A stretch of 63,881 nt of DNA, filler included, from Sandaracinaceae bacterium (GCA_947483975.1; 4 parts of 4 records of this genome joined end to end with filler, not necessarily neighbours in it); one strand, 5' to 3'. Positions 42,259 to 52,823 are shown, counted from the first letter of the whole stretch. A program made the numbers and translations. The notes: generated from the letters alone by a model not told the origin.

Positions 42259-43374
42259 ATGGCAGCCCAGCGCGACTACTACGAGATCCTCGACGTGCCG
42301 CGCGAGACGACCGCCGAGGACCTCAAGCGCGCCTACCGGAAGAAGGCCGTCGAGCTTCACCCGGACCGCAACCCGGACGACGCGGAGGCAGAGGAGCGCT
42401 TCAAGGAGGCGAGCGAGGCGTACGCGGTGCTCAGCGACGCCGACAAGCGCCGCCGCTACGACCGCCTCGGGCACGCGGCGTTCACGACCTCGGGCGGAGC
42501 GACGGGCGGGGCGGGCTTCGAGCCGATGGACTTCGCCGCGGTCAGCGAGATCCTCGAGGGGCTGATCGGCGACGTGCTGCGCAGCGGGCGCGCGAAGAAG
42601 CGGCGCGGCAACGATGTGCGCCTCGACGTCACGGTGACGTTCGAGGAGGCGGCGCTCGGCGCGGAGAAGACCGTCGAGGTCACGCGCCCGGCGCCGTGCG
42701 TGGTGTGTACGGGCAGCGGCGCGGAGCCGGGCTCGGTCGTCGAGCCCTGCGGGGCGTGCGCGGGGCGGGGAGAGCAGCGCTTTCAGCGGGGCTTCTTCGT
42801 CTCGACGCGCCCGTGCGAGGCGTGCCGCGCGACGGGCAAGCGCATCGAGAAGCCGTGCGTCGCCTGCAAGGGCGCGGGCGCGATGCCGAAGAAGGAGCCG
42901 CTCGTCGTGCGCGTGCCGCCGGGCGTCGAGGACGGCTCGGTGCGCACCGTGCGCGGCGGCGGAGAGCCCGCGCTCGGCGGGGCGGGGGACCTGCACGTGC
43001 ACGTCGCCGTCGCGCCGCATCCGTTCTTCACGCGCGAGGGCGCGGACGTCGTCTGCGCGGTGCCGGTGAGCTTCCCGCAGGCGGTGCTCGGCGCGCAGAT
43101 CGAGGTGCCGACGCTCGAGGGCAAGGTGAAGATGAAGCTCCCGGCGGGCTCGCCCTCCGGGAAGCTCTTTCGCCTGCGCGGCAAGGGGATCCAGGTCTTC
43201 GGCGGCGTCGGCAAGGGCGATCAGCTCGTCAAGGTCGTGGTCGAGGTGCCGGAGCCCGGGCAGCTCTCGAAGAACGCGCAGCGCCTGATCGAGGCGCTCG
43301 CCGTCGAGCTAGGCGAGCAGCCCTCGCCGGAGCAGCGCGGCTTCCTCGACAAGCTCAAGGGGCTCTTCGGGTGA
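42259..43374 (+). CDS. dnaJ: Class A DnaJ co-chaperone
   Basis: RDYYEIL, HPD motif, four CxxCxGxG-like repeats, C-terminal domain. Confidence 0.95.
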   Translation: MAAQRDYYEILDVPRETTAEDLKRAYRKKAVELHPDRNPDDAEAEERFKEASEAYAVLSDADKRRRYDRLGHAAFTTSGGATGGAGFEPMDFAAVSEILEGLIGDVLRSGRAKKRRGNDVRLDVTVTFEEAALGAEKTVEVTRPAPCVVCTGSGAEPGSVVEPCGACAGRGEQRFQRGFFVSTRPCEACRATGKRIEKPCVACKGAGAMPKKEPLVVRVPPGVEDGSVRTVRGGGEPALGGAGDLHVHVAVAPHPFFTREGADVVCAVPVSFPQAVLGAQIEVPTLEGKVKMKLPAGSPSGKLFRLRGKGIQVFGGVGKGDQLVKVVVEVPEPGQLSKNAQRLIEALAVELGEQPSPEQRGFLDKLKGLFG

Positions 43375-44672
43375 GCCTCGACGTGTCGCGCTTCGACCGC
43401 GCGCTCGCCGACGCCGACCCGCTGCGGGTCGAGGGCCGAGTGCGCTCGCTCGTCGGCTTGGGCATCCGCGCGGCCGTGCCCGGCGTGCGCGCGCGCGAGG
43501 TCGTCGAGATCGTGCGGCGGGGCGCGGAGCCGCTGCTCGCGGAGGTCGTCGGCTTCGTCGAGGACGACGCGATGCTGCTGCCGCTCGGCAAGGCGGACGG
43601 CATCGGCGCGGACGACCCAGTGCGCCCGACGGGGCGCCCCTTTGCCATCCGCGTCGGCGAGGGGCTGCTCGGGCGGGTGCTCGACGGGCTCGGGCAGCCG
43701 CTCGACGGCGGCCCGCCGATCGAGGGCGAGCTCTACGAGGTGATGCGCCCGCCGCCGAACCCGATGACGCGGGCGCGCATCACGCGGCCGATGCCGGTGG
43801 GCGTGCGCGCGCTCGACGCGCTGCTGACCGTCGGCGAGGGGCAGCGCGTCGGGCTCTTCGCGGGCTCGGGCGTCGGCAAGTCGACGCTGCTCGGGCAGCT
43901 CGCGCGGCAGGCGGACGCGGACGTCTTCGTCGTGTGCCTGATCGGCGAGCGCGGGCGCGAGGTGCGCGAGTTTCTCGAGGATTCTCTCGGCGAAGAGGGG
44001 CGCCGCCGCGGCGTCGTGATCTGCGCGACGAGCGACGCGCCGGCGCTGGTGCGGCTCGAGAGCGCGTACGTCGCGACGGCGATCGCCGAGTGGTTCCGCG
44101 ACCACGGGCAGCGCGTGCTCTTGATGATGGACTCGGTGACGCGCTTCGCGCGCGCGGGGCGTGAGGTCGGGCTCGCGGCGGGGGAGCCGCCCGCGCGGCG
44201 CGGCTATCCGCCGAGCGTGTTCGCGGCGCTGCCGGGGCTGCTCGAGCGCAGCGGCACGAGCGAGCGCGGCTCGATCACGGCGTTCTACACGGTGCTCGTC
44301 GAGGGCGGCGACCTCGAGGAGCCGATCGCCGACGAGGTGCGCGGCATCCTCGATGGGCACGTCGTGCTCGACCGCTCGCTCGGCGCGCGCGGCCGCTGGC
44401 CCGCGATCGACGTGCTCGCGTCGCTCTCCCGCGTGATGGACGCGGTGACGACGGCGCCGCACCAGAGGTCCGCGCAGCGCCTGCGCGAGCTGCTCGCGCT
44501 CTACGAGCAGAAGCGCGACCTCGTCTCGCTCGGCGCCTACAAGAAGGGCAGCGACGCGAAGCTCGATCACGCGCTCGCGAAGATCGACGCGATCGAGGGC
44601 TTTCTACGCCAAGGGCGGCACGAGCGGGCGGGCTTCGACGACACCGTCGCGCTCCTCGCGAAGCTCGTATGA
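43371..44672 (+). CDS. sctN: Type III export ATPase (SctN/YscN; FliI family)
   Basis: [80 protein letters not shown] overlap with dnaJ. Confidence 0.88.
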   Translation: MSLDVSRFDRALADADPLRVEGRVRSLVGLGIRAAVPGVRAREVVEIVRRGAEPLLAEVVGFVEDDAMLLPLGKADGIGADDPVRPTGRPFAIRVGEGLLGRVLDGLGQPLDGGPPIEGELYEVMRPPPNPMTRARITRPMPVGVRALDALLTVGEGQRVGLFAGSGVGKSTLLGQLARQADADVFVVCLIGERGREVREFLEDSLGEEGRRRGVVICATSDAPALVRLESAYVATAIAEWFRDHGQRVLLMMDSVTRFARAGREVGLAAGEPPARRGYPPSVFAALPGLLERSGTSERGSITAFYTVLVEGGDLEEPIADEVRGILDGHVVLDRSLGARGRWPAIDVLASLSRVMDAVTTAPHQRSAQRLRELLALYEQKRDLVSLGAYKKGSDAKLDHALAKIDAIEGFLRQGRHERAGFDDTVALLAKLV

Positions 44673-45895
44673 GCGCCCTCGACGCGGACGTCCTGATCGC
44701 GGGCGCGGGGCTCTCGGGGCTGTCGCTCGCCGTCGCCCTGCTCGACGCGGGGCTGCCGAAGACCTCGCGCATCCTGCTCGTCGACCCGCGCGAGACGCTC
44801 AGCGGCGAAGACCGCACCTGGTGCTTCTTCGACGTGCTGCCGCACGCCTTCGAGGACGCCATCGCGCACCGCTGGACGCGCTGGCGCGTGCGCGACCGCC
44901 ACGCCGAGGTCGTGCGCGCGAGCGACGGACTCGCGTACTGCCACCTGCCCGGCGCGCGCTTCTACGCGCACGCCCTCGCGCGCCTCGAGGCCGCGGGCGC
45001 GCAGGTGCGCGTGCTCTCGGGCACGACCGTCGAGGCGCTCGACGACCGCGGCGCACACGTCGAGGCGCGCACGAGCGCCGGCGTCCTCCGCGCGCGCCTC
45101 GCGATGGACTCCCGCCCTCCGCCGCTCGTCGAGGCTGCGGCTAGTCCGCCGCGCGTCGAAGCCCCGACGAGTGCGCAGCGCGACCGCCACGTGCGGCTCC
45201 TCCAGCACTTTCGCGGGCGCGTCGTGCACACGCAGACTCCCGCGTTCGACTCCGACACCGCGACGCTGATGGACTTCGATGTCACGCGCGAGCACGGGAT
45301 CCACTTCGTCTACGTGCTGCCCTTCGACGCGCACACGGCGCTCGTCGAGAGCACGTTCTTCACTGGGCAGCTCCTGCCTGAGTCGGTGTACGAGCGCGCG
45401 CTCGACGACTGGCTCGCTGCGCGCCTGCCGCACCATCGCTTCGAGACGCGCACGCGCGAGCACGGCGTGATCCCGATGACGACCGCGCCCTTCGACGCTT
45501 GGCCGAGCCCGCGCGTCGTGCGCCTCGGCCTCGCGGGCGGGCACGCCAAGCCCTCGACGGGCTACGCGTTCCTCGCGGTGCAGCGCTTCGTCGGCGCGTT
45601 CGCGCCGCGCGTCGTGGCGGCGCTGCGAGCGGACACTCCCGCCGAGCCGCCGCCCGTGCGGAGCCCGCGCACGACGGCGCTCGACACCGTGTTCTTGTCG
45701 TACCTGAGCCGCTATCCGGAGCACGCCCCGAGCACGTTCTTCCGCCTGTTCGACCGCGTGCCGCCGGCGGTGCTCCTGCGCTTTCTCTCGGACACGGGCA
45801 CGGTCGCCGACGACCTGCGCGTGATGCGCTCCTGCGAGGTCGCGCGCCTCAGCGTCGAGGCCGCGCGAATGACGCTCCTGCTGGGCCGCCGGTAG
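44669..45895 (+). CDS. crtY: Lycopene cyclase (CrtY/CrtL FAD type)
   Basis: IAGAGLSGLSLA, DRTWCF, QHFRG, LMDF, FVYVLPF, EHGVIPM, GGHAKPSTGY. ATGA overlap with sctN. Confidence 0.85.
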   Translation: MSALDADVLIAGAGLSGLSLAVALLDAGLPKTSRILLVDPRETLSGEDRTWCFFDVLPHAFEDAIAHRWTRWRVRDRHAEVVRASDGLAYCHLPGARFYAHALARLEAAGAQVRVLSGTTVEALDDRGAHVEARTSAGVLRARLAMDSRPPPLVEAAASPPRVEAPTSAQRDRHVRLLQHFRGRVVHTQTPAFDSDTATLMDFDVTREHGIHFVYVLPFDAHTALVESTFFTGQLLPESVYERALDDWLAARLPHHRFETRTREHGVIPMTTAPFDAWPSPRVVRLGLAGGHAKPSTGYAFLAVQRFVGAFAPRVVAALRADTPAEPPPVRSPRTTALDTVFLSYLSRYPEHAPSTFFRLFDRVPPAVLLRFLSDTGTVADDLRVMRSCEVARLSVEAARMTLLLGRR

Positions 45896-46072
45896 ACGCG
45901 CAGCCTCGCGCTCCGCCCTCCGGCGAGCGCGGCACCTCCGCCGCACCCCGAGCGCCGCGCGCAAGAAGTCGCGCGCGCCGTCGTTACGCGCGGCGCTCTG
46001 CGTCGTTCCTATGGCGGAGGAGCGCCCCCGCGCGCCCCTCGACCCTGACTTCTAGCGACCGCGAGAACCCCT

Positions 46073-47215
46073 GTGTCCATGCTCGCCATCGACGATCCAA
46101 CCCGCCCCCTCAGCCCCGACTTGCTCACGAGCCCCGGCGGCTTCGCTTGGTGGTACGCAGACTTGCGAGATGAGCACGGCTCGGGGCTCGTCCTGATCTG
46201 GTCGTTCGGGCTGCCCTTTCTGCCGGGCTACGCGGCCGCCGAGCGCGCGGGACACCCCGAGCTCCCAGGCGCGCGCCCGAGCCTGAACGTCGCCGTCTAC
46301 GAGCGGAACGCGCTCGTCTTCTATCAGCTCAGCGAGCACGCCCCCGCCGAGTGTCGCTGGGACCCCGCCGCCTCGCGCTGGACGTTCGGGCGCTCGCACT
46401 TCGTCACGGAGGACCTCCCCGACGGGCGGCGCGCGCTCCGCGTCACGCTCGACTGCGACGTGCCCGCCTCGCCTGAACGCCTGACGGGCACGCTCGAGAT
46501 CATCGGCACCGCCGCGCGCGCGCTCCGCTCACGGGTAGCGCCCGTTCCCGTTGGCGGCGCTCGGCACCTGTGGACTCCGCTGATCGTGCCCGCGGTGGGC
46601 CACGCCAAGCTGAGCGTCGGCCCGCGCCCGCTGCTCGATCTTTCGGGCACCGCCTATCACGACCGCAACGGCGGCTCGGTCGCGCTGCACCGCCTCGGGA
46701 TGCGGCACTGGCTCTGGGGACGCGTCGCCCTCCCGGGCGAGGAGCGCGTCTACTTCGTCTGCTATCCGCGCGAGCGCACGAGAGCGCCGCTGGTCGTCGC
46801 GCTCGCCTTCCACGAGGACGGCCGAATCGACGAGATCGTCGGCGCCAAGGCCACGCGGAGCGGACTCCGCCTCGCGCGCTTCGGCATGCACTGGTGGGCC
46901 AACCTCACCCTCGCGCGCCCCGACGGGACTCCGTGGCTGGAGGTCCGCAGCGCGCCCCCCACGGACGACGGACCCTTCTATCTGCGGACGCCGCTCGGCG
47001 CGCGCACGCCCGAGGGGCTGCACGGTCAGGGCATCGGGGAGCTCTGCCGCCCGGACCGCGTCGACCGCCCGCTCGAGCGCCCGTTCGTGCGAATGCGCGT
47101 GCACCAGACCGCCCGCGCGAATTCCCCCTTCTTGCCGCTCTTCACGGGGCGCCGCGAGGGCCGCGTCACGCGCCTCCTCTCGCAGCTCGGCCCCTCCGCG
47201 CGAGCGAGCCGATGA
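46073..47215 (+). CDS. crtC: Carotenoid 1,2-hydratase (CrtC-like)
   Basis: PGGFAWWYAD, AYHDRNGG, WLWGR, DDGPFYLR motifs. Carotenoid cluster context. Confidence 0.7.
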   Translation: MSMLAIDDPTRPLSPDLLTSPGGFAWWYADLRDEHGSGLVLIWSFGLPFLPGYAAAERAGHPELPGARPSLNVAVYERNALVFYQLSEHAPAECRWDPAASRWTFGRSHFVTEDLPDGRRALRVTLDCDVPASPERLTGTLEIIGTAARALRSRVAPVPVGGARHLWTPLIVPAVGHAKLSVGPRPLLDLSGTAYHDRNGGSVALHRLGMRHWLWGRVALPGEERVYFVCYPRERTRAPLVVALAFHEDGRIDEIVGAKATRSGLRLARFGMHWWANLTLARPDGTPWLEVRSAPPTDDGPFYLRTPLGARTPEGLHGQGIGELCRPDRVDRPLERPFVRMRVHQTARANSPFLPLFTGRREGRVTRLLSQLGPSARASR

Positions 47216-48750
47216 GCGCGCGAGTCCCCGCAGAGGCGTTGATCGTCGGCGCAGGGCTGGGCGGGCTGTCCGCGGCGGTGTGCCTCGCCGCGCGCGGCGT
47301 GCGCGTCCACGTGCTCGAGGCGAGCGCGCGCGTCGGCGGCAAGGCGGGCGTCGAGGTCGTCGATGGCGTCGAGTTCGACACGGGCCCGAGCGTGCTCACC
47401 ATGCCCGAGGCGATCGACGAGGTGTTCCGCCGCGCGGGCACCTCGCTGCGCGCGGAGCTCGTGCTGCGCGAGAAGAACCCAGCGTTTCGCTATCTCTATC
47501 CAGACGGCACCGCGCTCGACGTCTTCACGCGCCCCGAGGAGACCCTCGTCTCGGTGGAGCGCGCGCTCGGCGTCACGGCGCGCCGCGAGCTCGCGGGCTT
47601 TCTCGAGTACGCGCGGCAGATCTGGGACTCGGCGGCGCCGCACTTCGTCTTCGGTGAGGCGCCGAGCTTCGGCGGGATGCTCCGCCTCGGCCCCCTCGCG
47701 CTCTCGCGCGTCACGAAGGTCGACGCGCTCCGCTCGATGCAGTCGGCGATCGACTCCCGAGTCCGCGAGCCGCATCTGCGGGAGCTGCTGCTGCGCTACG
47801 CGACGTACAACGGCTCGGACCCGCGCCGCGCGCCCGCGACGATGAACTGCATCGCGCACGTGGAGCTCGGGCTCGGGGGCTATGGCATCGAGGGCGGCAT
47901 CTACGCGCTGGTGCGCGCGCTCGCGCGGGTCGCTGAGCGCCTGGGCGCGACCCTCGAGACGAACGCGCGCGTGACCGAGATCCGCACCGCGCGGGGACGC
48001 GTCACCGGCGTCGCGCTCGCGGACGGGCGCGCCCTCGACGCGAAGGTCGTCATCGCGAACGCCGACGCCTCGCACGTCGCGACTCAGCTCCTCCCGCGCG
48101 CTCACAGCCGAGCCGTCAAACACCGCGGCGAACCCTCCATGTCGGCCTGGACAGGAGTGCTGCGGGCGCGCCGTCGCGTCGGTGACCGAGCGCGCGTGCC
48201 GCACACGGTGCTCTTCCCCAAGGACTATCTGCGGGAGTTCGCCGACATCTTCGATCACGACGCTCCACCGACGGAGCCGACGGTCTACCTCTGCGCGCAA
48301 GAGCCCTGCCATGGCCGCACCGGCTGGGCCGAGCACGAGCCTGTGTTCGTCATGGCCAACGCGCCGCCGGAGCCCGAACACGGCAGTCGCGAGCCGCGCG
48401 ACGCCCACGTATTGCGTGAGCGCGTGCTGCAGCGTCTCAGCGCCGCGGGGCTGACCGACCCCGACGACACGGTCGTCTGGCAGCGCGGTCCTGCAGACCT
48501 CGCCGCGCACTTCCCGGGCACGCGCGGGGCCCTCTACGGCACCTCGTCGAATGGGATGTTCGCCGCGTTCCAGCGCCCACCCAATCGCGTGAACGATCTA
48601 CCGGGCCTCTATCTCGCGTCGGGCAGCGCGCACCCCGGAGGCGGAATGCCGCTGTGCGTGCTCTCCGGGCGACGCGCCGCCGACCAAGCGCTCGAGGACG
48701 GACTCGCGCACAGCCACGCAGGGACCCACTCCAAGACGGCGCGCGCATGA
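47212..48750 (+). CDS. Phytoene-desaturase family enzyme, probably CrtD-like 1-hydroxycarotenoid 3,4-desaturase
   Basis: IVGAGLGGLSAA, FDTGPSVLTMP, RYATYNGSDP, GALYGTSSN, LYLASGSAHPGGGMP. ATGA overlap with crtC. Confidence 0.8.
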   Translation: MSARVPAEALIVGAGLGGLSAAVCLAARGVRVHVLEASARVGGKAGVEVVDGVEFDTGPSVLTMPEAIDEVFRRAGTSLRAELVLREKNPAFRYLYPDGTALDVFTRPEETLVSVERALGVTARRELAGFLEYARQIWDSAAPHFVFGEAPSFGGMLRLGPLALSRVTKVDALRSMQSAIDSRVREPHLRELLLRYATYNGSDPRRAPATMNCIAHVELGLGGYGIEGGIYALVRALARVAERLGATLETNARVTEIRTARGRVTGVALADGRALDAKVVIANADASHVATQLLPRAHSRAVKHRGEPSMSAWTGVLRARRRVGDRARVPHTVLFPKDYLREFADIFDHDAPPTEPTVYLCAQEPCHGRTGWAEHEPVFVMANAPPEPEHGSREPRDAHVLRERVLQRLSAAGLTDPDDTVVWQRGPADLAAHFPGTRGALYGTSSNGMFAAFQRPPNRVNDLPGLYLASGSAHPGGGMPLCVLSGRRAADQALEDGLAHSHAGTHSKTARA

Positions 48751-49274
48751 CCCCCTCTGCTCCGACTCCCCACTTCGCGCTCCGACGCACTGCCCGCACA
48801 GCGCTCGACGCGGGCCTCTCGGCGCTCGCGAGCGCGCTCTGCGTCGTCGCGCTGACGGCCCCGACGCACGCGCAACAACCACCGCCGCCACCCGCGCCCG
48901 ACTCGAGGCTCACCGCCGAGATCCACACGAACAGCGATCGCGGCTTCGTGGTCTGCGCGCTCTTCGCCAACGCGACGGGCTTCCCGAGCGACGGCGCGAC
49001 GCGCTCCATCGCGCACCTGCGACTCCGACCCGCGCGCCATCGCGTGACGTGCTCGTTCGCTGGACTCGCGCCCGGCACGTACGCGATCTCCGTATTCCAC
49101 GACGAGGACTCGGACGGGGAGCTCGACACCGGGCTGTTCGGCATTCCCACCGAGGGCTGGGGCACCTCGCGCAACGCCCACGGTACGATGGGCCCTCCCC
49201 ACTGGGCTGACGCGCGCTTCGCCTACCGAGGGGGCGCGATCCGCCTCCGCGAGCCAATCGCGCTCAACTACTGA
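48747..49274 (+). CDS. DUF2141-like exported protein
   Basis: Signal peptide, PGTYAISVFHDEDSDGELDTGLFGIPTEGWGTS. Confidence 0.8.
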   Translation: MTPSAPTPHFALRRTARTALDAGLSALASALCVVALTAPTHAQQPPPPPAPDSRLTAEIHTNSDRGFVVCALFANATGFPSDGATRSIAHLRLRPARHRVTCSFAGLAPGTYAISVFHDEDSDGELDTGLFGIPTEGWGTSRNAHGTMGPPHWADARFAYRGGAIRLREPIALNY

Positions 49275-49311
49275 CCTCCTCCACTCCCCACTCCGTCACT
49301 CCACGACTCCT

Positions 49312-50301
49312 ATGCTCCATCGCCTCCTCCCACCCAGCGCACTCCTGCACTTCGGCCGCCGCCCGACCGTCACGCCGCCCGAATACGCGCACGCGAACGA
49401 CCCCGACTGGGTGCAGGCGAGCCCCGCGCGAATCCAGCGCGCCCTCGACCGCGCGCTGACGCTCCCCTCCGGCGGGTGGTTCGTCGTCGGCGCGACGCGC
49501 GACTTCGGCGCGACTCCGACTCGACACCTGATCGACGGACAGGAGCTCGTCGCTTGGCGCGGTCCCGATGGGCAGCCACGCCTCGCGCCGCTCGACTGCC
49601 CGCACCTCGGCGCAGACCTCTCCGGCGGGCGTGTCGAGAATGGCAAGCTCGTCTGCCCGTGGCACGGACTCAAGCTCTGCGACGAGCCGCACGGCCGCTG
49701 GAAGCCCTGCAAGGTCTTCGACGACGGAGTGCTCACCTGGGTGCGTCTGCCGCGCCCGGGTGAAGCGGTCAGCGACGCGCCGTATATCGCCCCTCGACCC
49801 GCGCAGTTCTTCGACGGCGTCATTCGCGTCGACGCCGACTGCGAGCCCGCGGACGTGCTCGCCAACAGGCTCGATCCCTGGCACGGCGCCTGGTTTCACC
49901 CGCACTCCTTCGGTCGCCTGCGCGTCCTCGAGGAGAGCGCAGACGCCATCACCGTGCGCGTCAGCTTCCGAGTCTTGGGTCCGCTCGCCGTCGAGGTGGA
50001 CGCGCGCTTTCACTGCCCGGATCCGCGCACGATCACCATGACCATCGTGCAAGGCGAGGGCGTCGGCAGCGTCGTCGAGACCCACGCGACGCCGCTCAGC
50101 GCGGGGCGCACCGCGGTGATCGAGGCGACGCTCGCGACGAGCGAGCGCGCGCTGTTCTTGAAGGCGCTCGCCGCCCGCACGCTGGTCCGCCCGCTGATCC
50201 AAGCGCGCGCCCGCAAGCTCTGGGTGGAAGACACCGAATACGCCGAGCGCACCTATGCGCTCCGGCAGCGCAGCGCCCCGCGACACTCAGAGTCGAAGTA
50301 G
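49312..50301 (+). CDS. Rieske [2Fe-2S] + DUF5914-like protein (CrtV-like of actinobacterial crt clusters)
   Basis: CPHLGA...CPWHG Rieske motif, ANRLDPWHGAWFHP, GEGVGSVVETHATP, LWVEDTEYAERTY. Confidence 0.8.
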   Translation: MLHRLLPPSALLHFGRRPTVTPPEYAHANDPDWVQASPARIQRALDRALTLPSGGWFVVGATRDFGATPTRHLIDGQELVAWRGPDGQPRLAPLDCPHLGADLSGGRVENGKLVCPWHGLKLCDEPHGRWKPCKVFDDGVLTWVRLPRPGEAVSDAPYIAPRPAQFFDGVIRVDADCEPADVLANRLDPWHGAWFHPHSFGRLRVLEESADAITVRVSFRVLGPLAVEVDARFHCPDPRTITMTIVQGEGVGSVVETHATPLSAGRTAVIEATLATSERALFLKALAARTLVRPLIQARARKLWVEDTEYAERTYALRQRSAPRHSESK

Positions 50302-50799
50302 CCCGCGCGGCGGAATGCTCTCGAGCGGCTCTTCGCTGGCGCCCCAGCGACTCAAGCTCTGATTGGCCGCCATCATCCCGCTCGTCGCCGCGCGCTCCAT
50401 CAGCGCGCTCGGCGTCGGCAGCTTGACGAAGTCGCCCGCGAGCGTGAGCCCCGGCAAAGTCGTCTCTACCGTCGGGCGCTGCGCGTGCGAGCCGGGCGCG
50501 AACGCGGGGCAGTCCCGGCGCAGGAGCCAGCGCTCCTCGAGGATCGACGCTGCGCGCGTCTCTGGATATTGCGCGTGCAACGTCGCGAGCAGGTCACGCT
50601 GCAGCGCCTCGCGCTCCACGCCCTCCGGCACCGCATAGGCGTGCAACTCTACGACGCTCCCGCCCGTGCGCGACGCCCAGCTGCGACTCTCGTCCTCGAA
50701 GAGATGAAACAGCGAGATGTTGTCGCACAGGCCCATCCCCGTGGTCCCAGCGAAGGGCGCGCGCCCCGGCGCCGTGGGCTTGTCGAGCCAGAGTCGCCA
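50287..50799 (-). CDS. crtU: CrtU-like isorenieratene synthase (phi-ring aromatase), C-terminal fragment
   Basis: Own extension to the contig end: WRLWLDKP...DNISLF...WASRTGGSVVELHAYA...RPTVET...LAGD...ALMERAATSG. Confidence 0.75.
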   Translation of the reverse strand, partial: WRLWLDKPTAPGRAPFAGTTGMGLCDNISLFHLFEDESRSWASRTGGSVVELHAYAVPEGVEREALQRDLLATLHAQYPETRAASILEERWLLRRDCPAFAPGSHAQRPTVETTLPGLTLAGDFVKLPTPSALMERAATSGMMAANQSLSRWGASEEPLESIPPRGLLRL

Positions 50800-50899
50800 N
50801 NNNNNNNNNNNNNNNNNNNNNNNNNNNNNNNNNNNNNNNNNNNTTAATTAATTAANNNNNNNNNNNNNNNNNNNNNNNNNNNNNNNNNNNNNNNNNNNN
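50800..50899. other. Artificial contig spacer
   Basis: N44-TTAATTAATTAA-N44. Confidence 0.98.
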
Positions 50900-51468
50900 C
50901 CTTGCCGGTCGCCGTGCAGGCTCTCGTGCGGCATCAGCACGGACCAAGTCTGACCACGGAAGCGCTCGACCAAGCGCGGCGCGAGCAGCCGCGCGACGTG
51001 ATGGTGCGGCCTCGCGTAGGCGACCCAGTGCTCGCCGTGCGTGCGCGACTCCGTGTGAAACGCGAGGTGCCGGTCGAGGTGCGCGACCTCCCGCATCACC
51101 GCGCGCTCGAGCGCGTGCAGCTGCGCGACGTCCTCGTCGTCATGCCGCGCGAGCAGGTCGTGCTCTTCGTGCAGCACGCGCCAGAGCACGCGGTAGAGGA
51201 GCGCGAAGCGCTGCGGGTCGCGGTGACAGCTCGCGCGCTCGGCGAGCGCGAGCAAGGCGCGCGGGACGTGCGGCGTGCCGTGCGCGCCAGCGGGCGGCGG
51301 CGGCGGGTGCGAGACCGCGGCGAGGAGCCCAGGGATCGTGTCCTGCGGGTCGTCCTCGGCCACCCAGACGATGCCCTCGGGCGCGACGCCCTTCGTCAGC
51401 AGCGCGCGCGCCTCATCGCGGAAGCCCTCGAACGAGCCGTCGAAGCGCGCCTCGCGCGACGGCTTCAT
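50900..51468 (-). CDS. DUF4130 / TIGR03915-like putative DNA repair protein, 3'-truncated
   Basis: FEGFRDEARALL..GVAPE.IVW, CHRDPQRFALLYRVLWR, PHHHV, RF...WSVLMP. Confidence 0.7.
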
Positions 51469-51501
51469 CCGCGGCTCCCTCGACGGCTGCGGCTCACGCG
51501 C

Positions 51502-52767
51502 TCACGCGCTCGGCGCCGCGCGGAGCACGCGCTCGCGCACCGCGATCACCTCGTCCTCGGTGAGGAGATGATCGCCCGCCTTCGCGTGCTTGAGGATCGC
51601 CTCGCACACCGCCGGATCGACCTCGAGCTGCTTCTCGCGCAGCCAGTACTGCACGTTGGAGAGCCCGCTCATCGGCCCGATCGCGATCTCCTGCTTGCGC
51701 CCGACCATCTCCGCCGGCACGCCCGAGTAGATGCGGTCGGCGAGCCAGTCGTCGCCCTTCGCCTTCGCCTTGATGATCGCGGCGGCGTGCACCCCGGTGC
51801 CCGTGCGGAACGCGTCCGCGCCGACCGCCGGGTAGTTGATCGGGATCGGGAAACGTGTCGCGCGCGATACCACGTCGCACGCCAGCGCCAGCTTCGAGAG
51901 GTCGCGATCGGCGAGCTCGCCGAGCAGCTTCAGGTTGAGCAGGATCTGGTCGATCGCCGCGTTGCCGACGCGCTCGCCGATCCCGAGGATCGTCCCGTGG
52001 ACGCGATCCGCCCCATATTCGAAGGCGAAGATCGCGTTCGGCACCGCGAGCCCGCGGTCGTTGTGCCCGTGCCAGTCGATGCCGACGGTGTCCTGCGCGC
52101 CGCACGACTCGATCACGCTGCGCGTGAAGCGTATCAAGTTTCGCACGCCGTCCGGCGTGACGTGCCCGACGGTGTCGCAGAGGCAGAGCCGCGTCGCGCC
52201 GTGATCGATCGCGGCGCGGAAGAGCTCCCCGAGCACCTCGGGGCGCGAGCGCGTCGTGTCCTCGGTGACGTAGGTGACGGACATCCCCTCCTTCACCGCG
52301 AAGTCGATCGCCTCGATGCTGCGCTTCTTGATCAGCTCGACCGACCAGTCCTCGGCGAGCGCGCGGATCGGCGAGGAGCCGATGAACGTGAAGACCTCGA
52401 TCGGGAGCCCGGCGCGCTGGGACACCTCGACCATCGGCGCGATGTCGGAGATCACGGTGCGCCCCGCGCAGCCCAGCTTGATCTTGAGCTTGCAGTCGAC
52501 GACCTCCTGCGCGAGCCGGAGCACGTCCTCGAAGGCGCGCGTGCTCGAGCCCGGCAGCCCGACGTCGGCGTGCTCGACGCCGAGCTCGTCGAGCAGGTGC
52601 AGGATCTCGAGCTTGTCGCCGATCTTCGGGTCGACGACGGACGGATTCTGCAGCCCGTCGCGCAGCGTCTCGTCGAGCAAGGTCACGCCGCGCAGCGGCA
52701 CGGGGGCGCGGCGATCGACGGCGTTCCAGTCGTAGACGAGCGCATCGGAGACAGGCGACGTGGGCAT
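51502..52767 (-). CDS. LeuA-like DRE-TIM acyl-CoA condensing enzyme without C-terminal regulatory domain
   Basis: LDETLRDGLQ, LCDTVG, WHGHNDRGLA, GIGERVGNA. Confidence 0.85.
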   Translation of the reverse strand: MPTSPVSDALVYDWNAVDRRAPVPLRGVTLLDETLRDGLQNPSVVDPKIGDKLEILHLLDELGVEHADVGLPGSSTRAFEDVLRLAQEVVDCKLKIKLGCAGRTVISDIAPMVEVSQRAGLPIEVFTFIGSSPIRALAEDWSVELIKKRSIEAIDFAVKEGMSVTYVTEDTTRSRPEVLGELFRAAIDHGATRLCLCDTVGHVTPDGVRNLIRFTRSVIESCGAQDTVGIDWHGHNDRGLAVPNAIFAFEYGADRVHGTILGIGERVGNAAIDQILLNLKLLGELADRDLSKLALACDVVSRATRFPIPINYPAVGADAFRTGTGVHAAAIIKAKAKGDDWLADRIYSGVPAEMVGRKQEIAIGPMSGLSNVQYWLREKQLEVDPAVCEAILKHAKAGDHLLTEDEVIAVRERVLRAAPSA

Positions 52768-52823
52768 CGCCCGCAACGTAACACGCAGACCCGACGCGCC
52801 TCCGTGAGCGTCGTCAATCGACC

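Noticed and set aside
43371..44672. F1 ATP synthase subunit or flagellar locus
   Set aside because: Motifs fit the FliI/SctN family rather than AtpA/AtpD, and no atp or flagellar genes are nearby.
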